A stretch of DNA of 64,000 nucleotides, taken from Camelus ferus. Lineage: Eukaryota. Of this stretch, positions 13,986-27,490 are shown in pieces. Position numbers and translations under genes: made by a program. The notes under the pieces were generated by a model. That model worked only from the letters and a program-made list of their open reading frames with translations, had not been told where the DNA came from and did not search any database. The stretch lies in contig NC_045696.1 in assembly GCF_009834535.1 (NCBI RefSeq), forward strand, positions 31,064,001 through 31,128,000, in the 5' to 3' direction. The stretch's first letter is position 1, and each line of letters begins with the position of its first letter.

Positions 13986-14647
13986 GTTTTCAAAATATGG
14001 TAATCCAACTATTATCCAGATTATACATTGCTACACTATACATTCTACAAATACACTAAAAACCAATATTAATATTTTTATTTCAAGTGATTTTAAACAA
14101 AAGTAATACAATTTGTTTTTCTTTTTGCAGATAGGTTTATGTACTTTTATTCTCATTTCAATAGACGGTGAAAAAAAAAAGTCAAAGTTGAAAACATTTA
14201 ACTACCATTTAAAGTTTCAGTAAGGCGGCACTAACTGCTATATGATTATGTTCAAAGAAGCTGGATAAAATTATTAATAAGAATTTTTTCTTTTCAGTTT
14301 ATATTTTTATCATCCTTCAACTTATTTTTCCAAGACACTTTGGGAAATAAATTGAAACACTATGAAGTATTTTTGCTCACATATACCCATTTAAACATGT
14401 ACCTGTTGTAGAACTAATATGTTCAATTACCTGATGCTCCTGTTTATAAATGATTAACATGCTGTAACTGGTTTGATTATTTTTTCAACTTATTTAATAA
14501 CTCTGGAACAATGAGTATAGAGCAAGCATTACTTTGCCCGCTTTCCTTTGTTTTTTTACAAAGTGAACAGAAATATTTTAAGAGTGACCTTAACTTTAAC
14601 CAGAACCACAGGGGAAAAATTGAATGCTAGAAAATGTAACTAATGTT

Positions 14648-14648
<1 letters not shown>

Positions 14649-14690
<42 letters not shown>
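14649..14690. repeat. (CA)21 microsatellite
   Basis: Perfect run, directly visible. Confidence 0.98.
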
Positions 14691-14695
<5 letters not shown>

Positions 14696-16099
14696 ATACC
14701 CCTTCCTTTTATTTTACATGATTTCTTATTGATGTTATTTTTACTCTTTTTTTCTGATATTGATATTTATAATATTCTTTTTTAATTGTAATCATAATAA
14801 ATGTCCTTAATTCTAGCAATATCACTTTTTTATGTTTGTTTCTAATTTGATAAATGGGTATGAAAAAGAAAAAGAGAAGTAGTAGCTAATATTGGCTACA
14901 AAAATATTTTAGACACATTTCCCATCAGGTCCCCAAGACAGCTGTGCCACTACACCTCCGTCCAAAAGCACTTGTCAAGTCCTGGGCCTTAGCAGAGCAC
15001 CGGGTGCCAACTCTGCCGGCCTGTGCCAGACTGTGGGGAAGTTGCCTAATGCTGATTCAGATCCAGTTGGAATTGTGTTTAAAAACTCCAAATTCAGCCC
15101 ATTTTTATTTTAGGAAGAAAAGTGTATATTCCTTTCTTCTTTTTCCTTCATAATATTTCTGTTGAAATAATATAAATGGTATAGACTAGGAATCACAAAA
15201 CGAGTGCCCTTTCTAGAACCATGTGTGCCATTTGGCAGCTTTCAGACCACAAAAATCTCATAATCTCTGGGAAATTGGATTTCATCCATTCAAACATAAT
15301 TATTTATCAAACTTTTTTTGGCGAAAGACTATAGTGCATAGTAGCTTAATTTGCACACATGCAAATGATACAAATATTCTGAGTTATTGAACAATTATTA
15401 GCTAAATTCAGTTATACCAGTCAAGCCAGTGGTCTATCTAGAAGCAGTGTCTCTGGGAATAGTAGCAAGTGTCAGAATAAATAAGTGAGTTTAATAAATT
15501 AAAGCCCATGGTATATTAGATCTTTGGATTTCCTAAATAAATTTAAGGAGATCACAATAAAAGTCAAAAGATCAACAACAGCAGAGACATGCTGTGGATG
15601 CCTTGTGAAATGTTTCTTGCTTTGAAGTAATTATAAGAAAATCTTATTTGCAATTGTTGCCAGCCATGTCATAATGTTTTCTTAGGAAAATGAACAAACT
15701 ACAAAAATAGAACAAGCATTCATCACAAGAAGTGTATTATCTGTAGTCTGACCTTATCACCCAGAAGAAGAATAAAGTAGAAAACATTAATTGAAATGAT
15801 AATACTTCAAAAGTTTACAAAGTTAACCATGAAGAAAATAGAAAATCAAAATATAAATTTGATTCTCTAGTAAGCATGAAATATTTCAGAATTGAAAATC
15901 GCAAAATGTTAGACTACTCACACTGGGCATGCTAACTACTAGTGTGCTGTTATGATAAAAGAAAGACATTCTTATGGAAGATAATGCATCCCCACCTCTG
16001 CTGTCAGTGGAGGTTTAACTAATGACTTTTCTCTATACTGAAGTGTTCATAGCCCTTTTCAGGCAGGCAGTGTGAAATTATTTTTTTAAACTATTTCTG

Positions 16100-16215
16100 T
16101 ATGTAAGAATTGTGTACAACAGTAATTATTTCATAGAGTTAATGTAAATAAAGTGTTAGCATATTTTGTGGTTCATAGTAAATGTTGAATAGATGGTAAT
16201 TATTGTTTATTATTT
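16100..16215 (+). mobile_element. MIR 3' fragment
   Basis: 'taaagtgttagcata..gttcatagtaaatgttgaatagatggtaattatt'. Confidence 0.55.
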
Positions 16216-16370
16216 TTTAAATTATCATCAAAATTCATTAAAATGAATATTTTCTTTCACTAGTTAAATAGGTTGCAGTGGGATATGAACTTTTGATAGT
16301 GAACATAAATCACTGGTGTAAAATATAATCCAGGTCACCTTAATAGTCTTAAAGTGGGAATTTGGAAGAT

Positions 16371-16962
16371 TTTATTTTTTTCTTTAATTGAACTATTATA
16401 CTCAGTTTACAGTGTTGTGTCAATTTCTGGTGTACAGCATAATGTGTTAGTCATACATATACATACATATATTTGTTTTCATATTCTTTTTCATTATGTT
16501 TTACTACTAGATATTGACTATAGTTCCCTGTGCTATACAGAAAAGACTTGTTGTTTATCTATTTTATATATATGTAGTATTTGCAAATCTCAAACTCTCA
16601 ATTTATCCCTTCCCACCCCATTTCTCCCCAGTAACCATAAGATTGTTTACTATGTCTGTGAGTCTGTTTCTGTTTTGTAGATAAGTTCATTAGTCCTTTT
16701 TCTTTTTTTAGATTCCACATATGAGTGGTGTTATATGGTACTTTTCTTTCTCTTGCTGGCTTACTTCACTGAGAATGGTGATTTCCAGGTCCAACCATGT
16801 TGCTGAAAGTGGCATTATTTTATTCTTTTTATGGCTGAGTAGTATTCCACTATATACATATACCACAGCTTCTTTATCCAGTCATCTGTTGATGTACATT
16901 TAGGTTGCTACCATGTCTTGGCTATTGTAAATAGTGCTGCTATGAATATTAAGGTGCATGTA
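16371..16962 (-). mobile_element. Lineage-specific L1 3' end, 5'-truncated (cetartiodactyl/camelid-like)
   Basis: T-rich tail, 3'UTR 'gtgtcaatttctggtgtacagcataatg..tagttccctgtgctatacag', and ORF2 end 'tttatggctgagtagtattcca..gtcttggctattgtaaatagtgctgctatgaa'. Confidence 0.95.
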
Positions 16963-17707
16963 GGCATGTGCAATGTACTCATACTACTTTCTTTGCAAAT
17001 AAAATCTATCTCTGCTCTATATCTTCTAATACATATGTAAAATGATTTAATTAAAGAAAAAGTGAGCATCCAAAAATATTACAGCATTCCCTTTTAAGGT
17101 GTCAGGGCCAATTTAAGAATAAGCAACTTATATCTAATACATGCTTAGGCAACACATGAAATAAAAGGAAAATTATTACAAATTAAATAAACCTCCAAGC
17201 AGATATTTTATGATTCTAGGGCTTTATACATACATTCATATACATATGACAATGTTTCAAAACAAGATCCTTCTACAATGACATGGGGAAGTACATTGAT
17301 GGAGTCTGATAGAAGTCCACATCGCCCATCTCCCTCAGAGGTCTCCCAGGTGTCAGTAGATTCCACCAATATTAGATAGGAGCTGGGGTTACCACACATT
17401 AAAGATTTCCTAAATTTGGGCCTGGCTAGGGGCCTATAAAGTTATAATTTTGTTACCTAGTAACATGTTCAAAATTCAATGCTAGGTAAGGAGAAATTTG
17501 CAAAAGATAAATAAATAATAGGCAGAAAAGGAGCATGATATAAACATGCCTAGAATCCCTTTAAAATAATTTTATGACCTTGTGTTTCCTCAAGTCGAGA
17601 GTCTCCAAATTCTCGGTAGTCCTAAAGGAGAGATTCTTCCTACTCTGACTTCAGTTCTCCCTCCGCTTGAAATGCACGGTTGTATTATGATGTGTGATGG
17701 CCCTTAC

Positions 17708-17718
17708 CTTTGAATATC
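17708..17718 (-). other. Candidate 11-nt micro-exon (GATATTCAAAG), host gene unknown
   Basis: Minus strand reads ttaac..ttccctttctctgtcctctaccttctgttccag|GATATTCAAAG|gtaagg. Confidence 0.35.
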
Positions 17719-18401
17719 CTGGAACAGAAGGTAGAGGACAGAGAAAGGGAACGTTGTTAATCCCCCATAATTTTAGGAAGAAATAAAGATTGTTTAAAAG
17801 CAGCTGGGAAAGAAAACTCAAATCACCTTCTGAGAAAGAAAGTTAACTGTCATGAGTATTTGATGTGTGACAGGAACAGGGAGGAGAGGCAGAAACAAAA
17901 CTGGAGGGATTTTGTACTCAACATAACATCTGCTGTCATCCTAACAAATCAAATTATGTGGGGACGTGGGATGGTTTAGTAGTTATTCAAATGAATTAAT
18001 ACCAAGTATAAAATCACCAAAAGATTGACTGCTGTGCAATCTAGAGAGATATTGACAAAAAGAAGTTTGTTTGTTTGTTTTTGCTTTTTTTGTAATACAA
18101 AAGGGCAGTTTCATTATAGTCACAAAGAGGGTTGAAGCAATTCTTGAGACATAATCACTAAGAGCACACACAAAAACATAGATGACAGAAAGAACTCCAC
18201 CTAAGAGAAATTAAGAAATTATACACTATTTGCATATAATTTATGTAGCAATAATAACTGCTTTAAAATACAGCATCTTAAGTAGAAAAACATCCATGTA
18301 AAGTTTATGGAATAAAGTGGTGCTGGCAAGGCTTAACATTTTACAGCGATTAAACTCTTGCTTTTTTTACCCTTTTGTGTTAGTAGCAGTGCTGTGGCTT
18401 G

Positions 18402-18608
18402 TTTTTTCTTTTTTTTTTTTTTTAACTAAATTGTAGTTAGTTACATTGTGTCAATTTCTGGTGTACAGCATAATGTCCCAGTCATGCGTATATATACATA
18501 TATTCATTTTCATTTTTTTATTAATGGTTATTACAAGATATTGAATATAGTTCCCTGTGCTATACAGAAGAAATTTGTTTTTTATTTATTTTTATATATA
18601 GTGGTTAA
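18402..18608 (-). mobile_element. Second short copy of the same L1 3' UTR
   Basis: Poly-T followed by sequence aligning to about 16390-16575 (shared 'ttgtgtcaatttctggtgtacagcataatgt' and 'tatagttccctgtgctatacagaa'). Confidence 0.93.
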
Positions 18609-19099
18609 TTTTAACCCTCTCCTTTCTAAACAACAATTATATAATCCAATCATACAAGTACATATTCAAACTATTTTAGAAATTGGAAATTAGTTTTCTT
18701 TAATGTATATTTAATGATGATATAAACTGATACAAACATTTAATACATTTTATAGTGTTCAAACATAGTTTTCCTAATGCTCAGTTGTTTCAGGGTACAC
18801 AGCCACATATTTTTACCACAGTCTTCAAATAGGTAGCTTTCCCACCACATTAAATCACATGATTTATTTTTTTAATATAAGCTAGCCTTAGAAGACATTA
18901 TCTAATCAGAAACACAAAAGAGTCAACCATATATTTTTAAAAATTTTATCACTTGTATCAATTGTATCAATTGATATTTGATCTGTTATAAAATGGTATC
19001 ACTGTAATGCATTAAACTGGCTTGAAAATATTTAATATTAAAGCCTTTTTAAAAATAATTGTTGTTATTTAGCTCCTGTATCATTATTATAGAAAGCCA

Positions 19100-19474
19100 T
19101 GTTTCTTATGTTCTCTCTTCCCGGGCATCACGCTTCTTTGTACCCTTGAAGTTCAGTACAGCTATAGGACTTACTTTTGCCAATGAAAAATAAGTTAGTG
19201 AAAAGTGAATCAGCTCCTGGCAGAAATACAAAAGAATTAACAGGCAATTCTCCATGCTCTGTTTCTTTGTCATGCTGACTGTGGAAACAGGGAAGTCTGT
19301 ATCATGCAGACTCCATCAATATGCGTTGCTGAGATGTCTCAGAGGAGAGACGCCCTGGAAGGACACATATTCACAGCTGGTTTGACGAGTAAAAGGTAAA
19401 CATTAATTATTAAACTACAGCGATTTGGGGGTTTTTGTCCTCATGGGGTAACCTAGCTTTTCCTGATTCATAGA
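19100..19474 (+). mobile_element. Old MLT1 (I/J-like) LTR
   Basis: 'cccttgaagtt..gacttacttttgccaatgaaa' and end 'gatttgggggttt..taacctagcttttcctgattcata'. Confidence 0.75.
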
Positions 19475-19634
19475 ATTTTCTCTTCCCAATTCCCACAACT
19501 GGGTGATGTGACTCCTAGTCCACTCTACTAACTTCACATGCTTTAAATTATCCTATTTCTATAGAGAAAAGATATAAAGGACACTAATTTAAAATCTATC
19601 AGAAAAGTCCAGCTGCCTTTAGTGCTTTGGTAAA

Positions 19635-20540
19635 CACCATTTAATTAACAGGCTTACTGCCAAGTTATTTACTCATAATAATAAGATCAGTCCTTCTTCA
19701 CCCAGAGTATATATTCTAGAGACAAGGCAGACAAAATACTAATGAATTGGTTCAATACAGTGTGATCACTGAGTTCATGGAAATGTATGAAAAAAAGAGT
19801 GAAAGCAGACAGAAAGTAATCACATCCCTGCCTGAGAGGGTTCAGGAAAACTTTGCAGAGATGAATACTTTGGTGACTGAACACAAAGTATGAGCATATT
19901 CTAGACAAAGGAAATATGCAAAGGCCTGACAATGAATAAGCTCAGGACAAATTTGTGGTTAAATATTGCTAAATAAATACACTAGATGTATAGGGATAGA
20001 TCCGACTGAACAGCTGGACTAAGCCTTATCACAATGAATCATACATGAAGGGCTTTATATGTTTATAAATGAGAAACTCTGGAGGAACTTGGAGTCAAAA
20101 TTGAAATGATTAGTTTGCACTTTAGAAAAAAAGAACAAAACTGTGGTTGTGGTTGTTAAGTTTAGCCCTGATTAGAATAAAATGAAATAAGACAAGGAGA
20201 ACATTATGAAACCAGTTGAAAACAGCAATTCTAGAAAACGAGAGCAATAGAGACACAGAAAAATGTGAATGAACAGAACAATATTTTAAATGGGAAAAAA
20301 CCGAGGTGGCAAGATTTGGAGAATGAGGAAACTAGGTAGATCTGGGATGTCTCTAAGGTTTCCTGTTGGGGGAAAACATTGAACCGTTGAAATGAGATGG
20401 GGGAATTTAAGAAGAAAAACTGGTGTAAGGAGTGGTAAGAAGACAGTGATGAATTCAGTTTGGGACACACTAAGTTATATCGATTTCATTTAGGTAAAGT
20501 TATCTAGGAAGAGCTCAAACTTAAGTTTTAAATCTCTGAT
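19635..20540 (-). mobile_element. L2 fragment
   Basis: 'caatacagtgtgatca', 'tcaggaaaactttgcagag', 'gcatattctagacaaaggaaa..tgcaaaggcc', 'gatgaattcagtttgggacacactaagtt'. Confidence 0.85.
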
Positions 20541-20740
20541 TCATCCCATTTTGCTAAAACTCTGACACAAATTGGTCAAAGAAAATATATAGATGGAATT
20601 GAAAAAAAAAAAAGGATTAAGTAGAAGGTGATGAGAATAAGCTAGGAATAACTCTGAAATCTCACGAGTTTATTTTCCTCTATGCTTGAATCCCTGTCTT
20701 GTTTCCTTAGTTTCCCTGTGAAGAAAGCCTATTTTATTCA

Positions 20741-20840
20741 TTAGAGCCTAAACTGTGAAATCAAGGACTTTGCTTTATTCCTATTTTATAGTCTACAGAA
20801 GTCTTAACAATGTTCATAGTTAGGAATCTTGAGAAATTAT
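20741..20840 (+). mobile_element. L2 3' end fragment
   Basis: 'ttagagcctaaactgtgaaatcaaggactttgctttattc'. Confidence 0.5.
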
Positions 20841-22904
20841 AGATCGGAACTGAGCATTTAGTGGAGTTATCTAGATGTGTAGGCACTGGGAAAATCATGT
20901 GTGGTATCAGGAGTTGTCAGCATAAGAATTTAACTTAGAGGACCACTGGGAAGACTTGGTTGCCCAGCTGTGCAATCTGCAACAAAGAGATATAGTCATG
21001 TGATCAGGATTATGTAGGAAATAGGCATACCCAGATACAGCAACTGGAAGTGGCTGGCCACTGTCCTACATCGTTCTCATATGCTCTTTTGTCACCTTTG
21101 CAAGGTTAAGACAATCCAAAAGATTGTACACCTTCTGACTACTCCTTGTTGGAAAGAAATTTCTGCCCTTGTAACATCTTGGTTTATGATGATTTATTTG
21201 GTTCCCTTCATTGTGATAAGATCAAAATAACATATTAAAAAATCAATGTCCATGGTCAAGCTTTTGAACCTTTACAGAATCTGTGACATCTCAGTCAGCA
21301 GAGTGCCCAAGAATGTGCGCAACAAAATCTTATGTATCCAATGAGACACAAGTCTATTCACATTGTCAGATAGTAAATGAACATCATACGTCTGATTGTA
21401 ACTGAGCTCTGTCTTTGCGTGCAAGTCCTGATAAAACATTTATCTGTCTTTAAGTTTTACTGTTTAAACTTAATTTACTGTTTAGTTTTCTCCATTGAAA
21501 TTTCATTCTCACTTTAACTGCACCACTAAACTGACTCTCTGACTTCTGTGATGCTAATTGCCATTCTATAATAATTGCTCAGCCTTTTAGACTTTTCTGG
21601 CTTGCCTTCCATGGCCCTGGCCATATAGGCATATGGGTATTTGATTTGGATTTGGAACTTTCACTTATGGTAATAATGTCCAGACTGTTTTTAATACCTG
21701 TAATCATGTTTTAGTCCCAAAATTCTATTTGGAAACATGCTCCTCTGTCCTGCCTCTAAAGCCTTGACCTTATTCCCAAATCAGACCCCTGGATATTTAT
21801 TTATTCTTGTTTTAGTTCTATGCCAACTGCCATAAAGCACTAAGCTTTATATTCAAGCAGATCTGGCATATGGTTCCCTAATGTTTATTAATTCAAGAGG
21901 CTTGTTCCAAGCGAAGAGACAAACATTTTATGAAAGATCAAGAATCTGTAGAAAACTAGGCAAGTAATTTGTTTATATATCTTTGTTTCAGCTTGTGTTC
22001 ACTGAGAGGACTACTTACCCATTTACAGAATAATAGCATCACAGATCTGGTGACATTAAACTGGCAAGAGTTGTGTTTGTAGACCAGGAAGTCTGTGTTG
22101 TAGAGATTACTAGGATATTAAAATGACATTTGTGATTGAAAGAAAGGACAACTAGAAACATGACTGGCATAATATATTATGATGTGGGATGACATTATTT
22201 ATAAATATTCCAAATCACAGTATGCTTACCATTTCCAACTCAAGACCTAAAACATACATAGTTAATTTGGATTCATTTTTATTGGCTCCCTCCAATTTGG
22301 TTTTAAGCATTTCTAATTTACTCTTGATTGTATTTATGTTTAAGCAGTTTGTCATTTGCATGATTTACTAGGAATTTATATTCCTTTGGAAAATAGCATG
22401 GTTTAGAGTCTATCTCATATAACCCCTCCATTTTTTTTTTTTAGAAATTACACTGTCTTTCCTTGTTTTCCACTCCATGCTTACTCTCACAATATTACAA
22501 ATCTAGTTTGAAATGTAAATGGTTTACAAATTTGCTTGCAAAATATAAAAATATTTTCTTATTTTTCATGTTACCTGATTGTAGATACAGTTCTAGAGAC
22601 TTTGGGCAATATTTAAATGTGAAAGTTTCCAGAATACCTCTGGAATTCTTTTAGAATACACAGCAATCTTTAGGAATCATGGAGGATAAAATGTTTACTA
22701 AACATCAATACGTCAAAGTCATCATAAGTTTTATACCTGTTCAATAAATCTCCAATAAGAGTGGCATTTTATAAAGTTGACAATAATAGCAAGCAATTAA
22801 CAAATAAAATAATAGAAAAAGACAAAATAGTTTTAGGATGCCAGTCATGTATATTATGGACAATCTCTTACTTTATAGCAGTGCATTTCATACAATGATG
22901 GCTG

Positions 22905-23040
22905 AAGAGTGGTGCGATGGAAAGATCTTGAAATTGGTATGTGAAGATGTTGTGCTATGGGCTGAACTCTGTCACTAACGATCTCAATGAACTTGAGCAA
23001 GTCATTTAATCTCATAGGTAGTTCATCTATAAAAATTGGT
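22905..23040 (+). mobile_element. MIR
   Basis: 'ctctgtcactaac..tgaacttgagcaagtcatttaatctc..ttcatctataaaa'. Confidence 0.75.
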
Positions 23041-23068
23041 CAAATCTTTTCTTGGATGGTTTCTCTCT

Positions 23069-23474
23069 TGTTACAATCTAAATTTGGTTCCCTTAAAATT
23101 CATACGTGCATGCCCAAACCCTCAGTACTTCAGAGTGTGACTGTATTTGAGACAAGGCATTTAAAGAGTTAAGTTAAAATAAGTCGTTAGAGTAAATCCT
23201 AATCTGATTTGACTGGTTTCTTTATAAGAAGAGGAGACTAGGAGGAAGAGAGAGAGAGAGAGATTCCAGACACATGTAGGCAGAAAGACAAATTTGTGAA
23301 CACACAGAAAGAAGAGAGCACCTGGAAGCTAAGGAGAGAGGATCTGGAAGAAATCATACTTGCTGACACCTTGATCTTGTAATTCTTGCCTCTAGAAGTG
23401 TGAGAAAAAAAGTTTCTGTGTTTAAGATAGCCAGTCTGTGATATTTTATTATGGCACCTCTAGCAAACTAAGAT
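23069..23474 (+). mobile_element. MLT1A/B-like MaLR solo LTR
   Basis: 'aaaccctcagtacttcagagtgtgactgtatttgagacaagg', 'tgctgacaccttgatcttg', end 'ttattatggcacctctagcaaactaaga'. Confidence 0.9.
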
Positions 23475-24032
23475 GACTCTCATGGCCCCTAGAAATACGT
23501 AAGTGAATACCCTTTGAACTATATCTATTAATTGGATTTGGGAATAGAAAATGACATGGTGAAGATTCATTTTAGTGGCATAAATGCAAATAACTTACAG
23601 AAAGAGAAACTAAAGGCATTTAGTTCAGTCCGTATTTAACATATCATAGCAGTGTAGATGTCTCCCTAATCTTGTATTCTGGTGCTGTAGAAAACAGAGA
23701 CCATGGAACTAAAAGATGTTTTCCCCTTCAATAGTTAAAAGAGTATTTAGTGAAACCTTCCCAAAGCATAAGTTTAATGCAACTCTAAAGTCTAATGTAA
23801 TAAGTGATCGTTCGGCACTATAATTCTAAGTAATTATAGGACAAGACCTCTAAGGTGATTCTTTTACAATTTAAAGTATCACTATTGTTGTGACATAATT
23901 GCTTTAAGTATTTTCTCTGATATGTTTATAGCAAAAAAATACAATATTAATTTAGAAATGTTTATCTTTAATTCATTACTAAACATTTCATACAAATAGA
24001 CAATAGTAGAATCTAACTTAAAAGCCATTGAC

Positions 24033-24240
24033 TGTATCACTCAGAGTTACTCAGGAAAACAAGCTACACCTATTTTAACTGAGGGATGTTATTTATAAAA
24101 AATTGGTTAAATTCCTTAAATTTTAGGTGTTAGAAGAGTAACATTAACTTGGGACACTAGGGTAACAGAAAGATAACTGTAGGAAGCATTTACCATCCTA
24201 GGGCTGAGTGAACCATATGGAATTATCAGAACCTAAAGGA
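24033..24240 (-). mobile_element. Old ERVL-type LTR fragment
   Basis: 'tgtatcactcagagttactcaggaaaacaagctacacc' and 'aactgtaggaagcatttaccatcctagggctg'. Confidence 0.5.
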
Positions 24241-24263
24241 CAAATGCTTTTCAATATTGCAAA

Positions 24264-24380
24264 AGTGGTTGCCAGGGGCACTTGAGAAATAAGGAAAAGT
24301 TGGCAAAAGAGCACAAATTTTCAACAATAAGATGAGTAAGATCTGAGAGTATAATATACATACATATAGTGGTTATACAG
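24264..24380 (+). mobile_element. L1 3' UTR fragment (L1MA/MB-like)
   Basis: 'gtggttgccagggg..ttggcaaaagagcacaaattttcaacaataagatgagtaagatctgagag'. Confidence 0.7.
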
Positions 24381-26064
24381 CACATATATCATATCGTATA
24401 CATATAATAACTTCACAAAAAAGCCTAACTACCAAAGCAATAAAATTTAATACCTGCAACAAAATCTCAGTTCATTCCAAATTTTAGACCATAACCTCCT
24501 AAAACACTACCAGTTTGTTAAGTAATCTTGACTAAGCTAGTATTGTTAAAATAGAAAATCAATTTGATTTTTGTAATTTTTTTTCCAAGAAGAGAACAAA
24601 TGTATGCTTCTTTAGGAGTCAGTAGAATAAATCCATAGCTTTTAAAAGATGACTTTGTTATCATATGGAAAAAATAATAAAATTATTTGAAAAATTAAGC
24701 TAACAAAACAAAGTAATTTTTTTTAAAACTGAGTCAGTCAATACTAGGGCAAATTGATTTTACCAAGTTTAAAACCAGAAAGAGAGATTTACTTTTTATC
24801 AAGTTAAAATGATAGGGACATTCATATATAATTCTAATTTCAGGCAGGCTAGTCTTTAAAAAAAACTAACAGTATTTTCAAAATTTACAATATGTATGTA
24901 GTCTTTAGAAAGGTATTAATAAAAAATTATCTCCAAATTTTCTCAAATAGGACATACTACATATTTTTGATAACCCTCTAAAAGAGATTGTATTTATCTT
25001 CTAATTCTTATAAAGATCCATCTACATTCAATTTAACTTTGCCATTATGAATATTTTGTTCCAATAGTCTGGCAGAAGAAATTTCTGAATAGAGCTACAA
25101 AGATATTTGATTTTACTCTTTTATTTGGCAAAAATGTAGTCTCCTGTGTGAATTAAAAGCCAATGTCTTTGTGTAATGAGTATTTTTTAAATATTATGTG
25201 CTCTCTTTCTCTCTTTCTCAAGATTTTTTTTTTTTTTAATGAGAGTAAGGACTACATTAAAACCAAACAACAATAACAAAATAAATCTATTTTCAGCCAG
25301 GTACAGGAACACATTTGCTATATGATTTCTTCACTGAAAAACATCCTTTTGCAGTGTAACTTGAGTGTTTTTCTAAGAAATAGATTTTTATAAGGCTTCT
25401 CCCAGAGTGCATTATATTAATCTCAATACACTTACTAGAAAAAAAAAGACACTATTTTATAAAGAAATGCACTTTTCAGCTTAATGATAACAAAATATGA
25501 TTGGAAAGCCTATGCATCATCTTATTAACTGATGAATTGAAATAAAAGACATGTTCTATAGAAGTTCATTTAATATCTATTTTATTGTTGCTTGTAACCC
25601 GTGATTCAGAAATCCCATCTTTATTGCCATGTGTAAATTGAACTTCATCTGCCAATTTCAAATAATTTAAAAATAACAATACACATCCTGGTCACAAAGC
25701 CTAGAAGGTCAACAATACTATCTTTTGTAGTTTTGGGGGTCAGGTACCCAAAAATGTTGTGGTCTCAGAGTCAGTTCTGTGATTACTATGGTAGAAAAAT
25801 TAATACAGTCCTTATATGTCTCATAACTAAAACATTGATTTTGGGACTGTTTGCAGTATGGGGATACATAAGTGGAAAAGAAATGAAAAGAAATTCCAAA
25901 TACAGGGACCATGTCTGTGTGTGCATGTTTCAGTTCAAGTCTCTGGTTCCTTTCTCCTCCCATGACCTGGTAACTGACAGAATTGAAGTTCATAATCAGA
26001 TTTCTGACCATCCAATGCAAAATAGCAAGAGAAATTGGCCACTTACAGGCCAAAGTTATATGTA

Positions 26065-26190
26065 AGAGAAAGAGAAACAGAAAAGGGAAAATGAAAGGAG
26101 AAAAGTTAAAATGGAAAAAAAAAAAAAGAATCAAAAGAAAAAGAGAAAAGAAAGAAGGAAGGGAGAAGGGAGACAGAAAAAAATAAAGTG
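26065..26190. repeat. Purine-rich (GA/A) low-complexity tract
   Basis: Directly visible. Confidence 0.8.
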
Positions 26191-27314
26191 AAAATGGATA
26201 CATGTATTCTTATTGTTTCCTCTTTTTCTATTTTTTTTTTTTTTCTGGTTTTGCAAGTTAATTTGTGACAATCAATGTCTATATAATTGAAAACTCAGAG
26301 GTAGAGCAAATTGGCAGGAGTGATTGTAAGCCCTAGGGGGTTGTGCTCCTCTGGGCTGATGTTGTCCCACAGCTATTTCTTTAGAGAGACTATCCAAAGA
26401 AACTTGCTTGAGGATATTCTCACAATGGAAACCAATCGGTTTCACTACAACTGAGCTAGGAGTTTGTAAGGTAAATCTTTCTTTACATAACATTCTGGAG
26501 GAAAGTGAGATGGGGGCTGGGGATATGTGTAATCTGTAATTAACTAATGTTAAAATAATTTAATTTTGCGCCAGTGGCTAAGATTCTTATTTTGGAAGCA
26601 TTTGAATTTAAATACCAAAACCATTATTAAATATTTCTATTGGTTGGGAACTCACCAGTGAAGTTGCAGTCATCAAAAATTACCTAAGTATTAATAAAAA
26701 CCGGTTGAATTTTCTACAGTGCATCAAATATGCTTATCACTAAACTTGAAGTCTGAAAGAAAAGGGTATCTTTGTGTAAGCATTTATTAAAAATTGATCC
26801 AGTAGTCATTTATTTTCATTTAATTTTTATTTATTTTTGGAAACTTGACAGTTTCTTTAAGAAAATAAAGTAGCCACAGAGGATTTCCCCTTTATCCTCT
26901 TGTCATGGTTGGGTGTGGAGCATTGTTGTAACCTGACATATTGAACTATTTTTTTTTTAATCTTTCAAAAGTAGTTGTCACATTTTAAACAATTGCTAAA
27001 AATTACAGTCCCAGATATTTAATCTTGCTATGCTTCTGTCACAGCATTATTTAATTTTATCTTGATAAGCTAAATTATTTCAATACTGTCTGATAGGCCT
27101 TATATGTTGTCTTTGCCATTAATATTTTATACTGGAAAGAATGTAAAGTAAGCCAAGTTACTGAAATTAAGAGAAAAAATGTGGTATAATCTATACTTAT
27201 TGTGGTAAGTAAAATGGAAAGCCTTGTTAGTTAGAAATGTGCTAAAACAAAGTATTTATGCATTCATTTTTGTATTCAGTTTTGAAAAATTCCAAACACC
27301 TTATAATTCTAAGA

Positions 27315-27490
27315 AGAGACAGTTTTGTTTAATAGTTAAGAGACAAAGAGAATTGGGTTTAAATCTTGACTGTACTAGCTGTTCTTTTTTTTTTTTTTTA
27401 ACCTTTCACATAATCACATTAAGCCTCAGAATACTCATAATTTCAAAAGGTAAAACTAATAAGAATAAAACATATAGGTAATGGTTATTA
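27315..27490 (+). mobile_element. MIR, diverged
   Basis: 'aatagttaagag..ttgggtttaaatcttgactgtactagctg..aagcctcag'. Confidence 0.6.

Noticed and set aside
13980..14940. Possible degraded hAT element
   Set aside because: Only a CAGTG start and AT-rich composition; too weak to call.
16371..18608. Apparent local duplication between 16.4 kb and 18.4 kb
   Set aside because: These are two independent copies of the same L1 3' end, with unrelated flanks.
25718..26203. Longest ORF (161 aa) and overlapping 110-aa and 67-aa ORFs
   Set aside because: The 161-aa and 67-aa frames are Phe- or Lys-biased from the purine-rich tract. None has a recognisable domain.
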